Source: Raphidiopsis brookii D9 (lineage in GTDB: Bacteria; Cyanobacteriota; Cyanobacteriia; Cyanobacteriales; Nostocaceae). From it: a stretch of 28,497 nucleotides of DNA. Shown here one piece after another: positions 1 to 9,990 of this stretch. The notes beneath the pieces were generated by a model that ran no database searches, was not told the DNA's origin, and saw nothing but the letters and a program-made list of their open reading frames with translations. Location of the stretch: assembly GCA_000175855.1 (NCBI GenBank), contig ACYB01000024.1:1-28497 (forward strand), written 5' to 3'. Both the position numbers and the translations under genes were made by a program. Positions within the stretch are counted from its first letter, which is position 1; each line of letters opens with the position of its first letter.

Positions 1-1
1 T

Positions 2-157
2 TTTAGACTAAACATGATGTATACAAAACACTTGTATTATGAAGTCTGTGGAATACAAGCTATGAGTTGTGAAGAATCTCATTACTGGTTTGCCAAGATT
101 AGCAATGGGAAACGCAGCCAAGCTTTAAAAGCCATTAGAGTTTTGTTAGGGGATTAA
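2..157 (+). CDS. 3' end of an uncharacterised ORF entering from the left edge
   Basis: Frame open from base 2 to TAA at 155-157; reads FRLNMMYTKHLYYEVCGIQAMSCEESHYWFAKISNGKRSQALKAIRVLLGD*. Not in the supplied ORF track, and no family recognised with certainty. Confidence 0.4.
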   Translation, partial: FRLNMMYTKHLYYEVCGIQAMSCEESHYWFAKISNGKRSQALKAIRVLLGD

Positions 158-202
158 ATAGTATTAATTCTATTAAGCTCTAAGTATCATAGCTTAGACT
201 AA

Positions 203-568
203 TTAATGGTATGCAAGAATCTCTACTCGATTGCCAGCAGGGTCGCGCAAAAAAAAGCGATCGCAATTTGTTAAGGGTTGACGGTCAGGAATAATATCAA
301 CATTGAGGGTTTCTAAATGCTCCCGAAAAGTCCCTAAATTCTCTACTTCAAAAGCAATATGTCGTCGACTGGGGATATTAGGGATTTCTGGTTCTGTCCC
401 GATATGAACTTGGGTATTTCCCAATTGATACCATCCACTCACACCCTGTAATGATGCAGGTTTTGGGATTTCGGGTAACCCTAACACCTGACCATAGAAA
501 AAGCGCATATCTGCTTCTAATTCAGGAGTAGAAGTAATTTGAATGTGATCGATCGCTTTAAGCCACAT
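203..568 (-). CDS. VOC / glyoxalase-bleomycin resistance family protein
   Basis: KAIDHIQITSTPELEADMRFFYGQVLGL...FFLRDPAGNRVEIL is typical of a VOC-fold protein. ORF extends to 622, but MWLKAIDHIQIT at 568 is the likelier start. Confidence 0.85.
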   Translation of the reverse strand: MWLKAIDHIQITSTPELEADMRFFYGQVLGLPEIPKPASLQGVSGWYQLGNTQVHIGTEPEIPNIPSRRHIAFEVENLGTFREHLETLNVDIIPDRQPLTNCDRFFLRDPAGNRVEILAYH

Positions 569-658
569 ATTTTTCCCAGTAGATTCAAAAGTTTTGATTA
601 ATTCTAATCTCCAATTATACATCCAACTCCTGGGTCTTCCCAGGAGTTAGGGAGGAAA

Positions 659-910
659 CTAATTAATTACAATATATCTTACCAATATACTCATAACCTC
701 CCCTAAATTACTAGTTGGTGTCAGATCGCTCCAATCGGTTGCATTGGCATAACCAAGCACGTGTAGATAGTGAATTGTACTAATCACCGTCTTTTTTGAT
801 CCAATCAACAGGTGTTTTAGCGGTTCCCGGTGACTACCTTGTGAAACCACTCTGGAGTCAACCACTCCCGTGTCATCAACATTGCTGATAAAGTTTCTAG
901 TCTGTGTCAT
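659..910 (-). CDS. small hypothetical protein (83 aa)
   Basis: ORF with a plausible intergenic context; no recognisable domain. Confidence 0.5.
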   Translation of the reverse strand: MTQTRNFISNVDDTGVVDSRVVSQGSHREPLKHLLIGSKKTVISTIHYLHVLGYANATDWSDLTPTSNLGEVMSILVRYIVIN

Positions 911-1140
911 AATTTATTTACCTCTATGTTGGGGTGTAAGGTGATCTTTCCGCTAAGAAATCCAGATCACCTTACTTTTTTAAGTATAAAACTATTTGAA
1001 CAGATATGCAAGTGGTTTATAGAAAATAATTAATAATTTTTGTAAAACCTTTCGACTTGTCAAGCATAAATGGAAAATGCAAGAATCTCCCACTTACAGA
1101 GTTGGATCTCAAGCGGGGATAAGAAATTTAGTTACAGTTC

Positions 1141-1836
1141 CTATTGGGCCAGTCCATGTTCTAAAGCGAATCTCACCAGCTCTGTACGACTATTGGTACC
1201 AGTTTTGCTAAATAGACGACTAACGTACTTTTCCACATTGCGAACGCTTGTTTCTAACTTGCGAGCAATTTCTTTGTTCATTAATCCTTGAGCAACCAGA
1301 TTTAAGACACTTTGCTCCCTTGGGGTTAAATCAATTGCAAACGGTGGTGGAGTCTGAGATATACCGATCTTAGGACTTAATAAATCCTTAATTTTGGCAA
1401 TCTCATGGGCCAACTTGGCAATTTCTATGTTTTCACTGTCTTCACCCACAACTGTAGTCTGGGTAACACGCTTTTCCAGTAGATTGTTGATAATGGCAAT
1501 CAGCTCATCTGGGTCAAAAGGCTTTGGTAAATAGGCATCTACCCCCGCTTGATATCCTTGAATGCGATCGCTTGTCATACCTTTAGCAGTTAAAAATATA
1601 ACTGGCAGGGAAGCAAATCGGGGGTCATCCCGCAGTTGTTTGAGGAACTGATAGCCATCAACTTGTGGCATCATAACATCGGAAATTACCAAGTCTGGAG
1701 TATTTTGTTGTATTAATTCCCACCCTTCGCGGGCGTTACTGGCAACTCGAACACCGAAACCGCTTTCTTGCAAGTATTCCTTTACAGCTTCGCGTAACCC
1801 CGGTTCATCATCCACCAGTAACAGTTGTGCTGACAT
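1141..1836 (-). CDS. NarL/Ycf29-like response regulator (REC + LuxR-type HTH)
   Basis: REC domain (LLLVDDEPGLREAV, DLVISDVMMPQVDGYQFL, FLTAKG, KPFDPDEL) followed by LuxR-type HTH (LTPREQSVLNLVAQGLMNKEIARKLETSVRNVEKYVSRLFSKTGTNSRTELVRFA). Confidence 0.92.
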   Translation of the reverse strand: MSAQLLLVDDEPGLREAVKEYLQESGFGVRVASNAREGWELIQQNTPDLVISDVMMPQVDGYQFLKQLRDDPRFASLPVIFLTAKGMTSDRIQGYQAGVDAYLPKPFDPDELIAIINNLLEKRVTQTTVVGEDSENIEIAKLAHEIAKIKDLLSPKIGISQTPPPFAIDLTPREQSVLNLVAQGLMNKEIARKLETSVRNVEKYVSRLFSKTGTNSRTELVRFALEHGLAQ

Positions 1837-1912
1837 TGAAAATTTCCTTTATTTTACCGTTGACCTAATTACTAATAACTTAGCATATCATTGGTCATCC
1901 TTAGGTTCAAAT

Positions 1913-3217
1913 CTAGAAAGTTTCAGATGGTTGAAGTGGTTGGGCAAATTTGCTGTCCAAGATAGCGGAAACTGCACGAGCGTAATGTGGGTCGCTCAAG
2001 GTTCCAAGCAAATTGGGATTAGTTGCTAACTCTCGTTCCTGAGCTTGAGTTAAATCTAGCTGAATATCAGGTGTAATACCCTTTTTGTTGATATCGGTGC
2101 CTTTAGGAGTATAGTAATGGGCAATGGTGACCGCTAAACCAGAGCCATCAATTAACTCATGAACCGATTGTACCAGGGCCTTACCGTAGGTTTGACTACC
2201 TATCACTACTGCTCGTTTATTATCCTTAAGAGCACCGGTGAGAATTTCACTGGCGCTAGCGGAGTTACCATCTACCAATATGGCCATCGGTCTATTAGTT
2301 AACGCGGTGCCATTGGCTTTGGTTTCCTCACTACCTCCCACTCGATCTACAGTCTTGACAATACCGCCTTGATCTAACCACATCCGCGCTATTTCAATAC
2401 TAGCTTGTAGTAAACCACCGGGATTGCCACGCAGGTCTAATACATAAAAGTCTGCCTTTTGATTATTCAAGTCTCGAATTGCCCGATCCATCTGCTCCGC
2501 TGCATGACTACTAAATTCTTGTAGTCGGATATAACCAATACGACGATTATTATCCCGTTTTAATGCATATCTTACCGTTGGTACCTCAATGGTTGCTCTT
2601 GTTAACTTGACATCAAACAAATTCTTTCCCGGTCTGGATATTTGGAGGGTGATAGCAGTTCCTGCTTGACCACGAATCAAACTAGATGCTTGTTCTATCC
2701 CCATCTTACTGGTGGATTTACCATTTATGGCAATAATTTCATCTCCTGCTCTAATACCCGCTTTATGTGCTGGTGAATCCTGTATGGGTTCTACCACAGT
2801 TAATCGCTTGGTTTGTTCATTGATTTCCATGCGAATCCCTATACCTGTTACCTCACCAGATGTTTGATTAGTCAGGGCTTCAAATTGTTTGGGATCCATA
2901 AATCTAGTGTACGGATCTCCCAGTCTTTGAAGAGCTGATCGGATGGCCACGTAAGCTTCTTGTTTAGATGTGTAGTTTTTGCTTAATAGACCCTGTCTAA
3001 TAGCTTGCCAATTTTGTTGATTGAATTTACTATCAACATAGTCCCGATTTACAAGTTGCCACACTTGGTCTACCAGCGCTTTTGGGCTATCTTGTAAAGC
3101 AGCCTTAACTTGTTTAGTCCATGCTTGACCAAATAAGGAAAGGGTAGCACTGGTGGCAACCATTGTACCAACTAGAGCTACACGCAGTGGTGAGTAGGGT
3201 TTTGCAGATTGATTCAT
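1913..3217 (-). CDS. ctp: carboxyl-terminal processing protease (S41 family, PDZ + protease)
   Basis: PDZ region (GIRMEINEQTKRLTVVEPIQDSPAHKAGIRAGDEIIAINGKST) and S41 active-site region (RGNPGGLL, VDGNSASASEILTGALKDNKRAVVIGSQTYGKALVQSV). N-terminal hydrophobic segment follows the MNQSAKPYSPLRVAL start at 3217; the ORF extends to 3280. Confidence 0.93.
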   Translation of the reverse strand: MNQSAKPYSPLRVALVGTMVATSATLSLFGQAWTKQVKAALQDSPKALVDQVWQLVNRDYVDSKFNQQNWQAIRQGLLSKNYTSKQEAYVAIRSALQRLGDPYTRFMDPKQFEALTNQTSGEVTGIGIRMEINEQTKRLTVVEPIQDSPAHKAGIRAGDEIIAINGKSTSKMGIEQASSLIRGQAGTAITLQISRPGKNLFDVKLTRATIEVPTVRYALKRDNNRRIGYIRLQEFSSHAAEQMDRAIRDLNNQKADFYVLDLRGNPGGLLQASIEIARMWLDQGGIVKTVDRVGGSEETKANGTALTNRPMAILVDGNSASASEILTGALKDNKRAVVIGSQTYGKALVQSVHELIDGSGLAVTIAHYYTPKGTDINKKGITPDIQLDLTQAQERELATNPNLLGTLSDPHYARAVSAILDSKFAQPLQPSETF

Positions 3218-3404
3218 GTAGGTCTTCTCTAATAACATGTGGAGAGGGAGAGTTAAGAATTCGCTTGCCTTACCGCACAATCAACAACCATATTGGTATT
3301 ACCCTGATCACTATTTGCTTTGAAGGCCAAAATTCCCTTCCCATTATACATTATAGCATTTTCTTGAATTGGTGGGGGGTTTTTAAGAAATCTCTTTAAA
3401 ACAT

Positions 3405-5795
3405 TTATACTAAAAGGATAGACTGTATTATAGATAGGGGAACTGTGGTAAAGTAGTCTTTTTGAAATTGTTCTTCTTTAATTGCTGCGCAAAAACAGTC
3501 GATTTTAGTCTTGATATTTCCATAATCCCAACCTGGAGGGACAAATTCATAATCCTCATAATCCATTGAACTAGTAACTGGATTCTGACAATTGATTTTT
3601 AAAAACTCTCCCTCACCATCAACCCTAAACCCTAGAGATTTTAAAGATTCCAATCCCCAATCTAAACTTTGGTCATTGATACCCAATTTCTGCAAAACTT
3701 TTAACCGGGTTGTTTTTTGATTGGTGCGACTCAAAAATTTGGCAATACCCACCAAATTCAACCAAATTTCTTCAGGTGTGTGATAATTGGGCTGTGACCA
3801 AGCCAAAGCTAGATGTTTTTGATGAGAAATTGCAGTTTTCAACCAACCTTTTACCTCATTCCAGCTGGTGGGACAGTGTTTAATGGTCAATATTGAATCG
3901 TGGCAATTTTCACTTGGTTGATTTCTCCAATCTATAATCATTGACGATCTGGGAGATTGAACTTCCAGGTGAATTCCTAGGTCACTGCTAGACCGGACAT
4001 CGATTAATCTGACTTCATGCTCTTCCCTGAGCATATTGAAATCTATTTCCATTATACAATCACATTTTCCCCGGGGTAAGTCATTTTTATTATGTCCCCA
4101 CCAAATTCCAGGAAAACCTTTTTGACTGGAATCATCCCTAAGCACAAATTGGGTTTTATTATATTGAATTTTATTGCCCCGAGAATCTTGTAGATTATGG
4201 TAGGAAATATTTTCAAACCAACAGTTCTTAATTAGTAATTTTGGCACTGGATTTCCCATACCACAGGGTTCCAAAAGTTTCAGCTCTAAAAATAATTCTC
4301 TGCCTAAATCTGCCACAGTTACTACCAGGTCTGCCTGCATTTTAGATATGAGGTTTATTCCCCCTACAGATAATCGGAATTGTTGGTTAATCGCATCGGT
4401 AAATAATTCAATATTTTCCACAGATAAACTTAGTCCAGCAGCAAAGGGATGTCCTCCAAAACGATGCAACAAATGTGCCTGCTTTTGAACTAGTTGGTAT
4501 AAATCAATAGAGTTAATTGAACGAGCTGATCCGCGAGCTAAGTTTGTTTTACTATCTAGCGATTCTGCCTTTTCTGTGCCTAATGGATCTGTACTTAATA
4601 AGATAGTTGGTTTTCCCGTTTCTTGAGCGATTTGACCCGCAACTAAACCCAACACCCCACCGGGCCATTGACTATCTACTAAAACAATCACATTCGTGGT
4701 AGATAAATCTAATTTCCCCAGTTTTTTTATTGCCTGCTCTTGAACATCTTTTTGCAATGATTTACGTCGAGAATTGGCTAATTCTGTCTCTTGTGCTAGT
4801 TGACAACACCGTTTAATATCTCTACTAGTTAATAGCTCCACACAGAAACTCCCATCACCGTGAATTCTGCTAACAGCATTAATACGTGGACCTAATCCAA
4901 AAGAAATATCCATGGCGCGATCGCCATTTTTTCTACACAATTCCAGTAGTTTTTTGATTCCCGGTCTTCTGCTATGTGAGATATCTTTTTTAGATTCTTG
5001 GTGTAATTTATCAATTCCAATTTGAGCCAAATAGCGACAATCACCCTTTAATTGTACCAGGTCAGCAATTAATCCTATGGCAACCAAATCTAATAAATCT
5101 TCCAGGGGGTTTTGTGGTATGTCTGGCAAAGTTTCATATAATGCTTCGACTAATTTATAAGCTACTGCAACTCCAGAAAGATGAAATAATGAATGTGTTT
5201 CGGGTAGGTAACGAGGATTGATAATAGCAGTGACGGGAGGACGTTCGGTTGGTAGGGTGTGATGATCGGTGACAATTAGGTCTATACCTAATTTCTGGGC
5301 ATAAATAATCTCATCAATGTTTGTACTTCCAGTGTCGCAGGTAACTATTAATCTACAACCTTGTTGGGCTAGACGTTCAATTCCGGCAAAATTTAAACCA
5401 TGGGATTCTGTTAGTCGGTTGGGAATGTAATAGGTTAATTGTTCATACTGAGGGAAAAACTCTCCTAATCCATCCCATAGTAGGGCGGTGGATGTAATAC
5501 CATCCGCGTCAAAATCTCCCCAAATCCCTACTTTCTCCTTTAAGATTGCTGCTGCTTTTAATCGATTGACTGCTAAATTCATCTCTTCTCCAAATTCAAA
5601 GGGACTTGCGGGTCGATAGTTTTTAAAATCGAGAAAATTGACCAGTTCTAATTCAGTTCTAATTCCTCTTTGCCATAGGATTTGCGCCACAAAGTTGGCT
5701 TTTGATTTCGATCCATGACGGACGTGATATTCTTTTTGCACTGCTTGCAAAAAATCTTGGGGAATTTCTATGCTTTCCAATAAAATCCACTTCAT
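3405..5795 (-). CDS. recJ: single-stranded-DNA-specific exonuclease RecJ
   Basis: DHH phosphoesterase motifs (GIWGDFDADGITSTALLW, VTCDTGSTN, VTDHHTLP, GLGPRINAVSRI, HRFGGHPFAAGLSL). Confidence 0.93.
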   Translation of the reverse strand: MKWILLESIEIPQDFLQAVQKEYHVRHGSKSKANFVAQILWQRGIRTELELVNFLDFKNYRPASPFEFGEEMNLAVNRLKAAAILKEKVGIWGDFDADGITSTALLWDGLGEFFPQYEQLTYYIPNRLTESHGLNFAGIERLAQQGCRLIVTCDTGSTNIDEIIYAQKLGIDLIVTDHHTLPTERPPVTAIINPRYLPETHSLFHLSGVAVAYKLVEALYETLPDIPQNPLEDLLDLVAIGLIADLVQLKGDCRYLAQIGIDKLHQESKKDISHSRRPGIKKLLELCRKNGDRAMDISFGLGPRINAVSRIHGDGSFCVELLTSRDIKRCCQLAQETELANSRRKSLQKDVQEQAIKKLGKLDLSTTNVIVLVDSQWPGGVLGLVAGQIAQETGKPTILLSTDPLGTEKAESLDSKTNLARGSARSINSIDLYQLVQKQAHLLHRFGGHPFAAGLSLSVENIELFTDAINQQFRLSVGGINLISKMQADLVVTVADLGRELFLELKLLEPCGMGNPVPKLLIKNCWFENISYHNLQDSRGNKIQYNKTQFVLRDDSSQKGFPGIWWGHNKNDLPRGKCDCIMEIDFNMLREEHEVRLIDVRSSSDLGIHLEVQSPRSSMIIDWRNQPSENCHDSILTIKHCPTSWNEVKGWLKTAISHQKHLALAWSQPNYHTPEEIWLNLVGIAKFLSRTNQKTTRLKVLQKLGINDQSLDWGLESLKSLGFRVDGEGEFLKINCQNPVTSSMDYEDYEFVPPGWDYGNIKTKIDCFCAAIKEEQFQKDYFTTVPLSIIQSILLV

Positions 5796-5856
5796 TGTTT
5801 TAAGGTTCTAGTTTAGAGAATAGTTTTAATTTATATATTTTATATATATTCTTAGT

Positions 5857-6651
5857 TTAACATTCTATTTCTGGAATAGGTTGAATATTTGCCCCCGGGA
5901 ATTTCTTTTCGCCCCCATAGTTTGCCTCACCATAACAACGATAGCTATATGGACAATATTCACAAAGTTTTCTATGTTTTGGCTCTTGAGGTAATGGTTG
6001 ATTTTTTTCATACTCCTCTAGCCAAATTGATACCTTTTCCAGGATATGTTTTAATTCATTCTCATTTTTTTTATGCTGCACATTACTATATCTAAACTCA
6101 ATTTTTGTTGACTTCCCTTCTCCTGGAATAAACCAATAGGTCATAGATATATTTTTGGGTAGGTATGTGCTAGTTTCCGCCAGAACATACATGTATAGTT
6201 TAGTTTGCCAATGATTGGCTAAAGACTTGATATATTTGGAGTCTGGTGGTTGACGATAGGTTTTCCAGTCAAATATTTGCGCCTTTTCATTGTTGGCTAT
6301 CAACAGGTCATAAATGACGGTTATTAAATAATCTCCAATTTGTAGATTTCTCGAATGTTCACTTTCTCGAAATGTCTCCCCCTCATTTCCCGGTATCACT
6401 CCAGTTAAATCCAATATTAAACTTTTAAGTCGCTCATCCTCCTCTATAAAACTATCAATCGGTAGTCCCATTGCCTGCTGTTGCATTAACAAGTGAAAAC
6501 GACTACCTAAGATTTTATGCTCTTCCTGTTTAGGGTCTGGGGGTGTTGTTAGCATATCTAAATATGTATGCTGAAATTTCCTGGGACAGTTCTCAATTAA
6601 GTTCAGATGTCCCTGGGAAATTCTGAACAATTCCTGTTCTACTCCTAGCAT
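5857..6651 (-). CDS. PD-(D/E)XK nuclease-family protein with Cas4/AddB-like 4Fe-4S cysteine arrangement
   Basis: GSRFHLLMQQQAMG, IFDWKTYR (D-x-K), one N-terminal Cys (NCPRKFQHTYLD) and a C-terminal CEYCPYSYRC (CxxCxxxxxC). Confidence 0.8.
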   Translation of the reverse strand: MLGVEQELFRISQGHLNLIENCPRKFQHTYLDMLTTPPDPKQEEHKILGSRFHLLMQQQAMGLPIDSFIEEDERLKSLILDLTGVIPGNEGETFRESEHSRNLQIGDYLITVIYDLLIANNEKAQIFDWKTYRQPPDSKYIKSLANHWQTKLYMYVLAETSTYLPKNISMTYWFIPGEGKSTKIEFRYSNVQHKKNENELKHILEKVSIWLEEYEKNQPLPQEPKHRKLCEYCPYSYRCYGEANYGGEKKFPGANIQPIPEIEC

Positions 6652-6719
6652 GTCACTGAGTTTTACTTAGGTTAGTAGGGTTATTAGATCTGATTATACC
6701 ACAAGAGTTAGGGAGCATG

Positions 6720-7538
6720 TCAATTGCTTACTTTAGCTTTAAACTGAGCTACAAAGGGACTAAAAGTAGATTCAACTTTTGTATCGCTTATCACTAATGT
6801 AGGAAAAGAGCGATCGCCATAGTCTACACCCGACAATAGGGGAAAAGGCGCATCTTTCACAGATATCCAAGTACCACCAGCGGCCTGTAAAATCACCCAA
6901 GCGCCAGCAATATCCCATACTTTAGGGGTGGCTTCCATACCTGCTAAAACTGCTCCGCTGGAGACGGTTAAAAAATTATAACTAGCAACTCCCAACATTC
7001 TTAACTTACAAGGAAAACCCGGTTGAATTATGCCCGTACTACGAGAACAAAGATTAAAAAAATGATTACTAGTGACTTCTTCCTTACTGGTATGAATAGG
7101 ATGATTATTTAAAAATGCCCCTACTGGTGTTTGTAAACCGGAATCTCCAGGCCAAAAACCATGAAATCTTTGATTTAAAGGTGGGACAAAAACATAACCA
7201 AAAATGGGACTTCCTCGGTAAAGTAGACCGAGGGAAATTGACCAAATGGGAATACCTCTGGTAAAGTTAGTGGTGCCATCTAAAGGGTCAATTACCCAAC
7301 ACCAATCTGTACCGGGGAAGACGTGATCACCCTCTTCGCTTAAAATACCATAACCAGTAAAATTAGCAGCGATCCCATCTCTAATTGCTTGGTCGGCCCA
7401 CTGATCAGATTGGGTGACCAAACTGCCATCAGCCTTTTGAGAGGCGTGAACCTTGCCAAAGTCGCGCATTAATTGTTTTCCCACCTGACTGGTTATGTCT
7501 TGGGAAAAATCTAAAATTGTGTTCCAAAAATCATTCAT
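6720..7538 (-). CDS. inositol monophosphatase family protein
   Basis: GYGILSEEGD, WCWVIDPLDGTTNFTRGIPIWSISLG and VWDIAGAWVILQAAGG are the classic IMPase Mg-binding motifs. Confidence 0.92.
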   Translation of the reverse strand: MNDFWNTILDFSQDITSQVGKQLMRDFGKVHASQKADGSLVTQSDQWADQAIRDGIAANFTGYGILSEEGDHVFPGTDWCWVIDPLDGTTNFTRGIPIWSISLGLLYRGSPIFGYVFVPPLNQRFHGFWPGDSGLQTPVGAFLNNHPIHTSKEEVTSNHFFNLCSRSTGIIQPGFPCKLRMLGVASYNFLTVSSGAVLAGMEATPKVWDIAGAWVILQAAGGTWISVKDAPFPLLSGVDYGDRSFPTLVISDTKVESTFSPFVAQFKAKVSN

Positions 7539-7541
7539 TGG

Positions 7542-9008
7542 TTAGTCTAGATCACTTTCCAATACGGAAGCCAAAACTTGTTTGCTGTTTTGTTGAAATT
7601 CTACCACATTCACACGACGCAACAACCAAATTGCCAACAGCATTCCCATAGCTTGAAGTGCGAACACCATCCCGTAGGCCAATGTGGGAGATGTAAATAC
7701 TAACTTACCTATATTTAACACTGTACCACCTAAAACCGTTGCCATACCTCTAGCCATAGCCTGAGATAATCCCCAAGCTCCAACAAAGGTTCCAGCTGTC
7801 TCTGTTGCTGTTAAATCTAACATCAAATTAGTAGCACCCGTTGTAATTACACCAGAGGCTAAACCAAAAAAGAACAGACTACCCATTAATAAACCAGAGT
7901 TTTGGCTAACCCCCGCCATAATCATCAAGCAGAAACTCATAGCAGCACCAATACAGCCAGTTTTAGTAGTTTGTTTTTTGCCTAATCGAGGTATAAGTAA
8001 AAATCCAGTGGAACCAATACCCAGAAGAGTCCCTATACCAAAGGGAATATTTAATCTGGTGGTCTGGGAAATACACATTCCAAAAACCTCTCCACCATAG
8101 GGTTCTAGAATTGAGTCCTGCATAAAAATACTTAGGGTCAACACCATTAAAAACCCAAAAAATATACCTGTTTGCCGATTGGCTGTGAGAATTTTTAGTG
8201 CTTTACCCAAGGTAATTTGGTCTTCCCTTTCTACCATATTGCCACGTATTCCATAGCGGGAATATTTTTTTTCTATACCTAATGTGGCCAGTAGGGTGAG
8301 GACAAAGACCGCCCCAGGTAAAATGATAAATACTGGGTTAATAGTTGTTTGCAACTTGCTAATATCCACCAATTTATTCATCTGAGATGGATCGTATGCT
8401 AACAAAGCAGTCCCGCAAATTTCCGGTCTTTCTAACAATCTAGAGCTGATACTGGCCCCAATGACAATTCCCATCATTAACATGGACCAGACAACGGCAA
8501 TCAATTTGGGGCGGTCATCTTCATCAGTAATATCCACTAAAAGAGCAGTGAATGGGGTAGAGCTGGCACTCAATGCTAACCCATACATACCAAATGTTAA
8601 AGCTAATAGTGCTGACCAGCTATAGGTTTGTAGACCCCAACCAGTATTTTGCAAACTGGTCCCCAATTGCCACACTACTTGTAAAGCTACAAAGGAAATG
8701 CTAGTAAATAGAGCTGCTCCAATCCAAACATATCCAGAGCGATGATATCCAAAAATCCTCTGACTATCCGATTTTTGACCAAACCAAATTCTAGCTGGAC
8801 TGACGAATTGGTGCATTGCGATCGCCCCCGCTGCAATAAAGGGCAAAATCGTTAGTTCATCAATCATGACTCGATTTAATACACCTAATGTCAAAAGAGA
8901 CATGATACCCAGACCCATCTGAAACAAACCTAACCTGACCATAGTCAAGAAACGTATCTTCGGGACTTTAATAGGATCTTTAGATATGCTCAGAATATCA
9001 TCCGTCAT
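7542..9008 (-). CDS. BCD-family (PucC-like) MFS transporter, chlorophyll transport/assembly
   Basis: About 12 hydrophobic segments; VRLGLFQMGLGIMSLLTLGVLNRVMIDEL N-terminus and ASSTPFTALLVDITDE motif characteristic of LhaA/PucC/Bch2-type proteins. Confidence 0.85.
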   Translation of the reverse strand: MTDDILSISKDPIKVPKIRFLTMVRLGLFQMGLGIMSLLTLGVLNRVMIDELTILPFIAAGAIAMHQFVSPARIWFGQKSDSQRIFGYHRSGYVWIGAALFTSISFVALQVVWQLGTSLQNTGWGLQTYSWSALLALTFGMYGLALSASSTPFTALLVDITDEDDRPKLIAVVWSMLMMGIVIGASISSRLLERPEICGTALLAYDPSQMNKLVDISKLQTTINPVFIILPGAVFVLTLLATLGIEKKYSRYGIRGNMVEREDQITLGKALKILTANRQTGIFFGFLMVLTLSIFMQDSILEPYGGEVFGMCISQTTRLNIPFGIGTLLGIGSTGFLLIPRLGKKQTTKTGCIGAAMSFCLMIMAGVSQNSGLLMGSLFFFGLASGVITTGATNLMLDLTATETAGTFVGAWGLSQAMARGMATVLGGTVLNIGKLVFTSPTLAYGMVFALQAMGMLLAIWLLRRVNVVEFQQNSKQVLASVLESDLD

Positions 9009-9147
9009 AATTTGTTTACAAATAACTTAATGAATATTTTTTTAAAATTATTAACCACTGGATCCACCGGTGCAAATTTCAGTTTTTACCTAGCTCAGAC
9101 TATAGCTTAGTTATAGCTTATAAGCAAAATTTAGGTAAATTGCTTGC

Positions 9148-9801
9148 TTAATGCAACTGGTTTATGCACAGTGATTTTTTTCTTGTAGATAGAAATAATT
9201 TTTTCTCCCGCAAGTCTCCTAGCAACCTAGTTACCGTCACCCGGGTGGATCCTATTGCTTCAGCGATCGCCTGATGGGATAGTTTGAGGTCGACAGTAAC
9301 CCCATCAGCACAGGGAACACCAAAATCGCGACAGAGAATTAACAGAAAACTGACTAACCGGGAACCCATGTCTCGGTGGGCAAGAGTTTCAATCATCATC
9401 TCCGTTTGCAGAATCCGCGAGGAGAGGCCTCGCAGCATAAGCATTGACAATTCTGGATTTTCCTTGAGGGACTGCTCCACCTGCTCAATCGGGGAAGAGA
9501 GCAATTCTACCGATGTAAAAGCAACAGCATGGTAAAACCTATCTGATTTATTACCTGTCAGCAATGACAAAACACCGAAAACGCTATTTTCCCGTAGCAA
9601 GGCCACTGTTATTTCCTCGCCTGCTTCATACACCCTGGAAAGTTTCACAGCACCTCGGAGAAGAAAATAAACTCGCTCGGCCGGATCCCCGGGAAAAAAG
9701 ATGGTTTTGTTGCGTTCAAACGTCTCTACAACGGGGGGAAAAGCTCCCGTTGCCATTTGACGAAAAACATTTGCCAGGGCTTTATCTTGCATCACGATCA
9801 T
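9148..9801 (-). CDS. ntcA: global nitrogen regulator NtcA (C-terminus apparently frameshifted)
   Basis: Near-canonical NtcA sequence [47 protein letters not shown]...[18 protein letters not shown], then divergence to [16 protein letters not shown]. One extra A in the A6 run (plus strand T6, 9199-9204) restores [24 protein letters not shown] ending at 9131. Confidence 0.95.
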   Translation of the reverse strand: MIVMQDKALANVFRQMATGAFPPVVETFERNKTIFFPGDPAERVYFLLRGAVKLSRVYEAGEEITVALLRENSVFGVLSLLTGNKSDRFYHAVAFTSVELLSSPIEQVEQSLKENPELSMLMLRGLSSRILQTEMMIETLAHRDMGSRLVSFLLILCRDFGVPCADGVTVDLKLSHQAIAEAIGSTRVTVTRLLGDLREKKLFLSTRKKSLCINQLH

Positions 9802-9990
9802 CTCCCTTCCCCTACCCAACGCCGTAAAAACAAAAACTTATTACCTAAGAATACAACCGAAAAACCAAGTTTCGGGTTTTTTCGGTTCAAGATTTGCCAG
9901 ATTTTTAATAACCTCTTAAACAATTACCATAAAAGGGTAACATTTAATTTGACAATATTCTCAATAAGATCAATCGCGTTAACAATTTTT

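Noticed and set aside
1070-1291. Plus-strand 73-aa ORF
   Set aside because: Mostly antisense to the response regulator gene; no family signal.
3163-3399. Plus-strand 78-aa ORF
   Set aside because: Overlaps the Ctp N-terminus antisense; no domain features.
5857-6651. Considered as cas4 of a CRISPR-Cas system
   Set aside because: No cas1/cas2, effector or repeat array nearby; stand-alone housekeeping nuclease next to recJ is more likely.
9284-9827. Plus-strand ORFs 9284..9535 and 9564..9827
   Set aside because: Antisense to the strongly conserved ntcA gene; composition is a shadow of it.
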